This document shows, in pieces, positions 11,961 to 22,993 of a stretch of DNA of 64,000 bases. The translations under genes and the position numbers were made by a program. Source of the DNA: Paraspadella gotoi (taxonomy: Eukaryota > Animalia > Chaetognatha). The stretch is from assembly GCA_051294375.1 (NCBI GenBank), contig CM119264.1, positions 11,135,832 through 11,199,831 on the forward strand, in the 5' to 3' direction. The notes below the pieces were generated by a model, which was not told the DNA's origin, did not search any database, and saw only the letters and a list, made by a program, of their open reading frames with translations. Numbering within the stretch: position 1 is the stretch's first letter; each line of letters starts with the position of its first letter.

Positions 11961-13477
11961 TAATTATTAAGAAATGTAATCCACTGACTAAAATGTAAAA
12001 AAATTCGCGTAGTAAGAAACTCAGGGTGACAAAAGTTCAGAATTAAGGATTGATATACAATTTACAATGCACAGCATACACAGATTTTATTTTTTTTTCT
12101 GTAAAGGAAAGGAGAAAAACAACATTCGAGCCATTGGCTGTTGTCAAAGGTTAAACGAGAAAAAGCATACACAGACGAAGATTTATTAATTTTTTCCTGA
12201 CCGAACGGAAGGAAAGCAGTTGATCATCAATGACGAATTCGGAAAGGACGATGCGGGCTTAGCTAAATTTCAACTGAAACGATTATCGGTCGTCATCTAA
12301 ATACATTTTACATATGATTACGACGATTATTCGATTAGTCATAAGAGGATGCGGTCATTCGAACGAGGCTACGCAGTGTCGTTTTGTTTTACATAACTCA
12401 ATATCTGTTGAATTGAGTTGCCGACTGCCGAGTCGGTCCAACAATGAGAGAAACAAAAACGAAACGCATTCTACAGATTCTACGCATTCTACAGTAACAG
12501 ACTACACAAAAGGAAAATTGAATTAAAAATTTATTATAAGTAATTAACGTTGAAAATAATATTAATAATAATAATATTAAAATTATAATGGACCGAGATC
12601 GAAATAGGTTACATGCATATTACAAAATCGTTTTGATTCTCCTATGCCATTTATTTTAACAGGCTAAGTCCTTTAAGTTTAATCTTTTAAATATGCAGAA
12701 CTAGACAGTAGAAATTCAATGTTATTGGATTTATTAGCTTTTCACAATGAACTATCATATTCATGCTAATACTTAAACTAGCTTACTATAAAGTAAATTC
12801 ATTGTCAATCCCGTTTCTTTTATTAAAATTATTAAAAAAATTGATAACTTTTCAGATTTAGTAGACTGAATGAGTTTTTGACTGGTTATAATAACACTTA
12901 TGTGTTTCGTGACGATATCGAACTTAAAGAAGGGAACTTGTATATATTGAGTCCTAAAGCCAGCCAACGTTCTAGCAGCTCTCTTTTTCGACATTTCTTA
13001 TTTCTTTTTTCGTAGATATATCAAAGAAAAGGTCTTCATTAGGCGGTCTGGAATAATCAAAGAAAAGTTTGGATTACTTGCATAATATGACTTCTTAACA
13101 AGAATGATGTCTAATATCTAATTGTAAAATTAGGGCAGAAAGTAACTTTTAACTTTGTGTTGTATAGATGCTCCCTCTATTTCCAGAAGACAACACTAAC
13201 ATCCCTCTCCCATTACATTATAAAAGAATATACTTTATATAAAGAATATAATTAAATCTATTTTTAAATTTTAATATGAAATTTTAAAGTCTAATATAGC
13301 AAAACAAATAATCTTTTAATTTTTCATAGTCTGCATTCTAATTTAGTTGGTATAGGTTCCTTAAAAAAAATTCTGATAATCATAATGCAAAATTTTTTTC
13401 CAATAGTAACAAATACTTCGTTAATTAATTTACGCATTTTATGCCTTTTTTTACAGTTTGTAATACAGTCTGTAATA

Positions 13478-14430
13478 CAGAGTGTCTCAAGCGTAGTGTC
13501 ACTTTACAAATGAATCCAGTGAATCAGTACAATTAGAAAAAATATATTTATTTTACCCGTTGGATCCAGAAGTTCTTACAGTTTTATATGATGATTTTAT
13601 TTTTAAAATCAAACTATTATTTCACATTTTATCAGCACTCAAAGCAAATGCTGGAATTTTTTTTAATCAATTTTAAAATATTCAAATCTTTCCAACAACC
13701 AAAAAAAATTTTTTTCAGCTACTTGGTTAAATATTAAGAATTAATAATATGTTGTCTTGGCATAATGATGATCATATGTCTTTCCTTACATATTTTTACC
13801 ATACTCCTTTCGGATTTGAGAGTATTTAATTGGTACAAAATGAGAGAATGTACCGGATATGCAGATGGTTTGATACAGCCATTGGCAATGCATATAAGAT
13901 ACAGTCAGTGGAGAAATAGTTTTAGCAGTAAAAAATACTTTATGAATCTCAGATTATATGCTGAATCATAGCATATTAAATTTACAGCTTTTATCTGTTT
14001 CCTGAAACTAAATTTAATGAGCGTCCATTAAAACAAATTTTCCTTAAAATCATTCTTTGCATCTTCACCTCTGAAATCATTATCATTATCGTCAATCTTC
14101 CCAATTTAAAAAATTCTTAAGAAAAGGCACAACAAATAATGTAGCCTACTGTAGCCTAATGTAACATGCACAATCATTTTTTTAAATAAAAGCAGGAAAA
14201 CTCTAAAAATTTAATAACAACTAAATTTTTTGATGGATTGTCGAAAAAAAAAATCTCCCTGATTTGAACCGCGCATTGTGTCAATAAAAATACAAATAAA
14301 TAAGATAATAAAGATACCAGAAAAAACTGTATGAACTTCTCTTTTCGGTAGTTCTTTCAAATTAATAATTCACCTTACCAATTTGACACAGCGTTCATTT
14401 GTAAAGTGACAGTATGCTTGAGACACTCTG
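13478..14430. mobile_element. Tc1/mariner-type MITE (953 bp)
   Basis: ~37-bp TIRs CAGAGTGTCTCAAGC.TA.TGTCACTTTACAAATGAA at both ends, with TA at 13476-13477 and 14431-14432. Confidence 0.85.
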
Positions 14431-14433
14431 TAC

Positions 14434-16700
14434 CTTGGAAAATCTTCAAGTAGTTGGAGGTCAGTTAATTTCAACTTGGAATATTCATATTCCAATAATA
14501 TTCTTTCGATCACCGCTTTGCTATCAACACAGACTTGTTCTTCCGTACCTGAAATAATGATTTATATTCATCGACATCACAGCATCATAATTTGCAGCGA
14601 AAAAAAATTGAAGTAGTCCCATTTGTAATAAATATTATCGTATGAAATAATTTAATATTACTAAGCGCGTACCAATAAACCATAAACAATTATCTGTAAA
14701 GCTTCTTGAAGTCTTCCCGATCCCGTTCCCATCGCGTTGATCGAAAGTAGATTTTCCATCCCTAAGTTTAGAAACCAACTACGTAACTAATACGGCATTG
14801 AATTTACTGCTCATTGGAATCTCTCTTTTTATATTTGACCCTTGGCCTTGTTTCTCTCTTCCTCCGATATCTGTTTTCGATCGTTTCTTCTCGACGTTTT
14901 CTTGATTCTCCCGGAATTTATTTTGGTTGATGGCTTCTGGATTGACTCGAACGCGTTCGCTCGATCTTGGAGGCTCGTTGGTGTTTCCGCAAAAATATTC
15001 TCGGTTTTCGTTTTTCATATTCGTCTTCTTCCTTTCATTTAATTCTTCTGACCGTCTGTCACCGCTTTTAGGGGGTTTCCAACGCTCGAAAGACGCTTTA
15101 TGAGCAGAAACCCGTCTATGTTCAGTTTCTGATGATGTGTCACTTTTCTGCTTTGCGTCACCGACTTTTTCGTGTTTTGAGAATAGATTTGATCTTGGCC
15201 GTTGACCTGAAAATTGTTTTACTGGGTTATGATGAAAAGCCTCCTGGTGATTTTCTTGTTTTTTTTCTATAGGTCTGAAATGGTTCAGTTTCAGCTGTTC
15301 CTTCTGAGTCGAATTTCCATTTTCCACGTTTTTCACAAATGGATGATTTAGTTTTGCCTTTCCCGACTCAAAAAATTTAGAATTTTCCACTGGCTTGTCC
15401 TTCTCTGAATTTTCCCTCTGAAAAGATTTGGACAAATTTGACTTCTCCAGCTTTCTCTCAAACGATGCAAAAAAGCTCTGCGCATCCCCATCCTTCCCCG
15501 GTGGATATTGCCGCGTTTGGCGTTTTCTATCAAAAGTGAACGAATGCTTTAAATCGTCCGCTTCCCCGCTTCCTTTAATATCCCCGGGCGAAAATGATTT
15601 AGAATTGAGTGATTGCTTAAAAGGAGAATGTTGAAATTTTGATTTGGATAAAATTTTAAATGTAGGTCGAGTGTCCTTAGCTGAGTTTGAGCTAACGTCG
15701 TCGCTTTTGAAATGTTTGAATCTAGTTGTTTTATTGATGTCTTCATGGTTAAGTCTTTGATCGCAATTGCTATCTCCACGTCCCATGAATATGTTGGCTG
15801 ATTTTCCGTCTACGAACTGTTGGCTGAAGTTTTTCAGTCGTTGAGCTGACTGGTCGGAAGTTTGCAAGATTTTCTCGGGTCTTTTTTCTTCGCGCTCATA
15901 CGAAAAACACCACTTGTCGCTACTTTCATTTTCTAAATTTTCTATGGATCTTTTCAGACGAGACACGACTTTTGATCGGTTGTAAAACAGCTGGAAGTAC
16001 ATAAATTTAAACTAAATCAAAATGCTATGATGGAATCATTAGTAGAAGACTTTTGAAATTGATTTCAAACGTCTTCTACTAATTTAAAACACAACGAAAC
16101 GAAAGGAAATTCACGATGCCTAAGATGGAATCATTGAAAATTAAATCAAGACTATCAAGTACCTGGTTTTTCCAATCAGTGTTAACGAGTATATAAAAAA
16201 TTTCCCTGTATGTTTTTTTCGTTTTGAGGATTGCATAACGGATTAACAGCGATGTAACATCGTCCTTTACCCTGTGAAAGATACAGTTTTTACCCAATTA
16301 ACCCTATATTTTAAGCTCTATTTATCGTAACCGATTTTTGAAATGCTTTTTTCATAATGTTGTTGACCTTTTGTCTGCTGTTTAAGGACAAAGATAAATT
16401 AATACTTCTTCAATTATTCTTAACAATAACTCGAATATTTTTATTTTCTTTTGTCATCTCCCGTTTTGACCCTATACTTTCAGTCATACAATTCAAGACA
16501 ACAGTTTATACATCTCAACTAATGATAATTTTATCTTTGAGATAATCCTTTAAGCTTAAGTTATTACGTTAATTTGTTCTCCGTTTGGTCTCCCTTCGTC
16601 AGTTCGCTTCGGGAAGTATCCGGCGGAAATGTTTTTTTCACACTGACTCGTAAATTATGTTGCTGTGGATCTAACTTTCCCTGCGATTGTGCTGAAAATG
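14434..16700 (-). CDS. Hypothetical multi-exon protein, K/S/E/R-rich and probably disordered; ends undefined
   Basis: A 407-codon open frame at 14779-16002 in AT-rich DNA, plus spliceable open exons near 16570-16690 (QSQGKLDPQQHNLRVSVKKTFPPDTSRSEL) and 14434-14548 (GTEEQVCVDSKAVIERILLEYEYSKLKLTDLQLLEDFP). No recognisable domain. Confidence 0.55.
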
Positions 16701-17008
16701 ACAACAATTATGAAAGTCTCTTTAAATATTAATGAAAGAGAAAGTTTACAAAAAATTACTGTGCTCAGCTCTTATGGATTATCTCTTTTGTGTTCTTTCT
16801 GCTTTTGGTTATTTTACCGATTGCCGTTGGATACGACCGTTTCTTTTCTCAGTGCCGTAAAAGCACACTGAACTAACGTTTCTTCTCCCAAACTTATGGT
16901 CCCTGTTTCTAGCCATGGTGGGACCGGTTTTTTTTTTACAATATGAAAAAGTCTGCAATAAAAGTCTTTTGTCCTTTTACCACAAAATTGACTTATGATG
17001 TTAGATTT

Positions 17009-17290
17009 ATCAGCGGCCATTGGTGCCGGAGGCAAGTCATTTGCCTCCCAACCCAAAGGTCCCGGGTTCTCGCCCGGTGGTCGCCTAGCAGTTAGGAGGG
17101 ACGGGGCGCTTAACCCTCCTGTAACATGGTGTTACAACTTGATCCGCTTATATTGAACGGTTCTGTCACTAAGGCCTTAAACCACCAAAGCCTGTCCAAA
17201 GTCAGGGACAAGATAGCTTATTTATTAAATGAATGGATAATTTTTATATTGGTTGTACCAATTTCATAACAATAATTATTGTCTCTTCAG
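17009..17290 (+). mobile_element. Family A copy 2 with family C repeat embedded near its 3' end
   Basis: GCGGCCATTGGTGCCGGAGG...CCGGGTTCTCGCCCGGTGGTCGC tRNA-like head and hairpin body to 17172. Family C occupies 17173-17269, then the family A tail ATAATTATTGTCTCTTCA follows. Confidence 0.8.
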
Positions 17291-17344
17291 ATTTTGATTA
17301 GATTTATTTTCCTCATGCATGGAAGCATTTTAATAATTAACAAT

Positions 17345-18185
17345 ATATACCTGTCCCTCCCCTACCACCAGGGTATCACTGAATCATTGGTGCGGGTGCT
17401 GGCAGAACAGGGGATCTCCAGTTCAGTGACGACCCGCGGCTCTTTACGTAAGCATTTGGTGAAACCGAAAGACAAAATCCCCAGACCGAAAACATCAGGA
17501 GCCGTCTATTGGGCGGCTTGTGCAGGAGCGGGCAACCAACCTTGCACAGCAGCATACGAAACAGGCAAGTCTCTATCAGATAGGTCAAGCCCTATTGCGA
17601 CTCTAGAGGGCACTATCTGTCGGTAGTTGCTGAACACGCAACAACTATGGGCCATCTGTTTAGAGAAGAGGACTGTCTCGTGCTGTCCCATGAACAGAAC
17701 TGGTTCTCAAGAGGTATTAGAAAGGCAATCTACATCAAAGCCCTCTTTGAACCGTGATGGAGGACCATTCGAACTCCCTCCAAGCTATGATTCGCTTATC
17801 AAAACTGTGGTGGACCACCCAACGCCACCTCAGCCGCACGGTGATTCCCCTGTCCTCACTCAATGGGTCAGGAGGAGGCCTCTCAGCAGGCAATGGACAT
17901 CCGATGACTCAACCGAGCCTGCAGCAACTTGGCGCGACCCTTCTCGCGTCGAGCGCCGCCCAAAACGACGGCTGCAGGAGGAAGTAGAGTAGTCTGTATC
18001 ACCTGTCCCGAAACAGGCTAGAACAGGCAACCGCCTGCTTCACCGTCAGGTGAGAGGAGGGCCTTCGGCAGGCCTATCAGGTCAGAGAGATATTCGAGTG
18101 GCGCTTGGCATTTTCCCAGCCGGATCCAACCTTGTCCCACTCCACCACAATATCCTCTCAGCCCATGACATTTTCAGCTTCCTAT
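17345..18185 (+). mobile_element. Degenerate Penelope-like retroelement 3' fragment (RT linker plus GIY-YIG endonuclease)
   Basis: LSLPYHQGITESLVRVL...SLRKHLVKPKDKIP..SGAVY..C....C.AAY-ETGKSL, then a frameshifted KPSLNRDGGPFELPPSYD. This motif order is typical of the C-terminus of Penelope/Poseidon ORFs. GC content is higher than the flanks. Confidence 0.8.
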
Positions 18186-19124
18186 GGTTACACACTTGAG
18201 CTATTTTCAATGTTAAAACAGCATGACGACGACGACACCGACGACGACAACGACGACAATGGTCAAAAGAAGCAGAAACGAATTAATATCTCGCCCGGCT
18301 GACGAGATAAAAAACGCTGACTTCTTTCCGAATAATTTTCTTCTAGGAGTAGCCACAAACGCACCCATACTTTTAACTAAAGAATTTTTATGATAATCAT
18401 AGATGTATTCCAGTTATAGAGCTTGTCGTCTCAGAAATTATTGATGTGTGCTACTGTAGGAACAATTATTTTAAACTACTTACTTAAAAGTCAGAAAATT
18501 GTTAACTTGAATGAAATTGAAAAAAAAACCAGGCCGACTTGCCCCTGACTTTGGGCAGGCTTCCATCCCTCTTACAATAAATCAGCTTATTTGTAACCTT
18601 CCGTAGGTAGTTTATGACGAGAAAATTTCGTATGATATCGTTTTCCTGGAAATCTCAAATCGCCAAACCGCACTTTTCGTCGCCACTTTTCGTTCCCATT
18701 GCTAAAAAACATTGATATGGGGAATGGGGATTGGACAATGGACAATGGACATATGAAACCTAGCCAAATAAATTCGCGTTAATAAAATTTACATTATTAG
18801 TTCATAGTTTATTCAGAGGACGATACTTATTCATAGGTAACAATCGGCTCAATGGTGGTGATTTAAGAGGGACGGGACATCGAACCAAACTAGTATAGTG
18901 AGACTAACATTCTACACGCAGTTTTTTGTCGAAGTTCTACCTCGTTGGTAGGCGTCCTGAAGAATTGTATACGCCTGCGAGAGAAGTCCTTAGTGTTCGG
19001 ACAGATTTAATCATTAATGACAGCTAAAAATCTTCATGGCTACCCTAATTGGATTCTAAAGCTCTAATAAGATTTCCTTAGACCATTTTTTACGATTTTA
19101 ATTTTAAAAATTAAAAAACGGTTA

Positions 19125-19719
19125 CAACAGAAACAAGAAATTCAAATGTTATGTTGCGCCGCAGTGACTTTGTTATCCTGTGTATTTCCGTGTATTTTCG
19201 ACACTCCTGACAGATAAAAGATTTTATTCCAATGCAGTACAGGAGTCCTGTACTGCATTGGAATAAAATCTTTTATTTTATATAGTTTAAATGAGATTTC
19301 TTTAGAAAACATAAGGCGGCGCTAGTAGTCGCTTAGATTTGAGGTTTATTCCTGTCTTAACAAATGAGCAACCAACTACAGCCTATAGGGTAGTTATGAC
19401 AAACTTTCCTGTGGGTTAACTATTGTGGCCCATGGTCCTCGGACTCGCTGAATGAATAAATACAAATACAAATATGAGCATCTTTAACACAAAGCTTGCA
19501 GGGACCTGCTATGTCATTATCTTGTAAGAGTGATGGAGGCCTTAAACCACCAAAGCCTGTCCAAAGTCAGGGGCAAGATAGCTTATTTATTAAATGAATG
19601 GATAATTTTTGTATTGGTTGTACCAATTTCATAAGTATGACAGACCGACAAACTGACCGACAGACCGACCTAAAAGTGACTTTCACAGTTGCTCCGCGAT
19701 TACTTTCGGCACAACTAAA
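19125..19719 (-). mobile_element. HINE-like family B element containing a family C copy (19538-19634)
   Basis: Subterminal inverted repeats GTTGCGCCGC (~19153) and CGGCACAAC (~19707), a GACAGACCGAC microsatellite and a terminal stem-loop AGTTGCTCCG...CGGCACAACT. Confidence 0.65.
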
Positions 19720-19758
19720 GAGTTCGAAAACAATAAATATCAACGATTTCGTTAATTT

Positions 19759-21032
19759 TCACAAGCTTGCCATGTTAATAAGTTCTTGGGAGTTGTTTGA
19801 TATAGAGAAAGTAACTCCTTCTCGTTGAATTTTCAAAATACTATTCACGTAATATCTGAATCTGCTAGATCTGTATCCATAAATCCAAGGATTGACAATG
19901 TGTTGGAAATAGGAAAGGCTTCTAAAAAATCGAGTTAGTGATAAGTTGTAGTCCTTTGACATTAGAGCAAGAAGAACTAAGATCATAAAAAATCCATGAG
20001 ATATGACAAGTGAGCCACCTAAATAAAATGGGGTGAATCTTGAATTGTCGTAAAGATTATTACACAATTAATTTACCTTATATGCGACTCAGACTCCTCT
20101 AGTTCTACTAAATCACACGCTTTGTACAGGCAGTGAAATTTCTATTTGTTTTAAAATTAATTTCCTTTTTTTTTTACTTTCATGATTACTAAGTCTAAGG
20201 ATAATTTACGGATATCTTACTTGTAATCAAGCATCTTTTCATTCTGTTTAAGTAAACCTTTTCGTCAAATGATCTGCTATTTTTGATAAAAACGTATATG
20301 AGACCGTAAGATATAATCGTGAAAATGAGGCCCCCAACAAGGTGAGGAATGAATGTGAGCTGCAAAAATAAAAAGGGTAATTACCAATGGTCAAAATAAT
20401 AATTTTATTTTTTATCCCTTTTAAGGATTTTTCTTGTTATGATAGGTTTTTTCTTACTACGGAAAGATATGCCGAACCTGGATCTACTCGATAGTGATTA
20501 GTGTTTATAAAAATAAAAATGGCCAGGTAAGTTAACAATTTCTAAACTTGAATTTTTTTTCCCCTCTCGTTTAGTTTTGTTGTTTTGTTTAGCTTTGTCA
20601 AGCCTATTGACCTTAAGAATCAACCAAGGACGTTTCCCCTCGACCGCTGCAAATGAGGTTACGATGACGGTAATGCAAACAGACTGTAACCAAACCAGTC
20701 TACCAGTCCACATCACAGCAGATTCCTTCATGTGAGGCTGCCGTCGAAGGATCTGGTAGCAACGATTAAAGGCAATAATCGCCACAAATCCGCCGTTGCT
20801 CGTGATTGAGAAAGTCTTGAATGTAAAAGAGAATTTATTTTAAAGGTCGGTGTTCGAAGAAAATAAAATGGTTTATTTTTCTCCTTTTTTTCGGTCTGCA
20901 ATTACGTAAAATCAAGAACCCTTTTTGCGTTTTGTTCCTTTTCTTCTTGTCCTCCATTTTCTTTTCTTCTATCTTTCTTTTTTATTTTAATATCTTTCTT
21001 TTTTTCTTTCTTTCTTTCTTTCTTTCTTTCTG

Positions 21033-21103
<71 letters not shown>

Positions 21104-22993
21104 CCAATAACAAATTTGAGCAAACAATGCCGGATCTGCCCTCGATCTTCAGCGGTATGCAGCTGATCAGATAATTAATTAATTAATTAATATAATAAAA
21201 TAATAAAATGTTTTTTTGTATTTTTACCATTAAAATTCATTTTCAGTTGGACGAATCCATTAAAACTTTATTTTTCGCTCAATCACATACTTTTTCACCG
21301 GGACATAAAATTTCAAATAAATCGTCCTATCTACTATCTAGGAAAAAAGTATATGACATTTTTAATAAAAGATATCTACTCAAAAACTTATTTAATTTAA
21401 AAAAAATCAGAACGTTTTCAAATTTATATTGAATTTTTTTTCAGTAGCTATCTTCTATTTTTTTGTAGGTCAAATCGTTTAGAAGTTATAGGAAAAAAAA
21501 TATTGTTACTTTAAATAAAAAATGACAAAAAAAAAGATATAATTTTTTACCATTTTTGGTATTTAGTTATTGGTTTTTATTTTAAATAGAATCAGTTATT
21601 TTTTAAATATTTTTTAATTTAGCAATGCTAAAGGCCTTGCACCTTTTTCTGGTTCAAAAAAGTATTATTATAGCTCTCAGAAAATAGGGAAAGATGCGCA
21701 ATATTAATATCGGGGCTGTGCAGAATTGCGTTAAAGATGTCAAAAAACATTTCACTGTTATACCTCAATTTGCTGTATAAGAGCATACCCAGATAAAGGC
21801 AGGCAGTAGTTGATGCCGAGGAAGGGTATACTAAATATTGAGAATGTTATCATAATGTTTTTTACCCATGTTTTATATACTTTTTATTGAATAAATGAAT
21901 TATGTCATATACTTTTTTCCTAGATAGTACTAATTAGCGTTCAAAGCTACTAAGGTGAGACTGAGAGACAGATGGACACAGATGGACGGACATCAATATT
22001 TTTGTATAACTTTTTATAATAAGAAGTTTTGATATAATCTAAGTGACCTACCGACAAAATTTTGGGGAGGGACAGACGGACCGACAAAGTATATTATAAA
22101 GCCGGAATTTGTTGTTAGTAGATCCGGCTTTTGTAACGCTTTTGTAACGCTAATTAATTCATGAATTACTTGAGCTGGAACGGAAATTAACGATACTAAT
22201 GCTTCGCTTTTAATCCATATTTGACAAGAAGTTGTCCAGGGAAGTATCAAAGCTGACAAAAAATCCGATATGGCTAAGTAGGTATACAATGTGTAATCCT
22301 AAATACAATTATAAGATATTGTAAATTTACAAATTGAAATGACTTCAGGTTATTTTACTTCTAAACAAAGTGTACCTGGGGATATCGAGCTTGACAGATG
22401 AATAGGCTTATATACATGAACAGGCCGTTGCCAAAAACTCCGAAAATAAACGAAGACACCGAAACAACAACACCCATTATTTCCGCAACCTGGGAACATA
22501 TAGAATATTCGTTCTGATTAACAACTGAATATTATTTATACTTAATTATATTATTTAAACTATATTAACAACAATTAAAATTGAGAAGGAAAATATAAAA
22601 CTGTTTTGTAGATAAACAAAATTTAATGTTTATCTACAAAATAGTTTTTATTTTCCTCCTCATTTTTAATTGTTGTTTATATATATAGTTTAAAAATATA
22701 TAAATTTACGCATGAAGCGGAAAGCTGCGATATCGAACGCGAAACGCTCAAACGCTCAAACGCAACATGTGATAGGCCGAGGGAAAAGGGTATTTCATAA
22801 AAAAAAGGGGGAAAAAATACCATTCCATTACCTGACTAAAGTGTTTAATTCGAGACAAGTACTTGATAATTATAGGAAAGTCAATATCTTCATTGTCTTG
22901 CCCAAGCTCAACCTCATGAAGAGAACTGTTATCATGTGTGGTAATTCCTGATAACAGATTGTTGGGCGAACTGAAAATTGAAGTGTTGTTCAT
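19759..22993 (-). CDS. Orphan class A (rhodopsin-like) GPCR, multi-exon
   Basis: N-terminal N-glycosylation sites (MNNTS, DNSS), TM1 IFGVFGNGL (22376-22490), TM2 YLAISDFLSALILP, TM3 end IIAFNRCYQI, TM4 LVWLQS and TM7 IVNPWIYGYRSSRFR. GT-AG exon junctions are in frame. Confidence 0.85.
21109..22131 (-). mobile_element. HINE-like family D element interrupted by a MITE
   Basis: Same ends as 5509-6380 (AACAAATTTGAGCAAACAATGCCGGATCTGCC ... GACAGACGGACCGACAAAGT...AGATCCGGCT). Confidence 0.65.
21334..21927. mobile_element. TA-flanked MITE (594 bp)
   Basis: Perfect 26-bp TIR CTATCTAGGAAAAAAGTATATGACAT, with TA on both sides. Confidence 0.85.
22554..22693. repeat. AT-rich ~140-bp imperfect foldback (small MITE-like)
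   Basis: TTTTGTAGATAAACA / TGTTTATCTACAAAA and AACAACAATTAAAA / TTTTAATTGTTGTT are mirrored about ~22623. Confidence 0.7.

Noticed and set aside
18288-18320. CTGACGAG near the Penelope relic as a hammerhead ribozyme core
   Set aside because: No GAAA or stem II/III follows. ATCTCG..CGAGAT plus an A run, next to a GAC microsatellite, fits a HINE-type terminal stem-loop better.
21765-21870. Cys-containing exon (IPFLGINYCLPL) that could supply the GPCR TM3 cysteine
   Set aside because: It lies inside a MITE, its acceptor phase does not match the upstream exon, and the flanking exons already join in frame with correct TM spacing.
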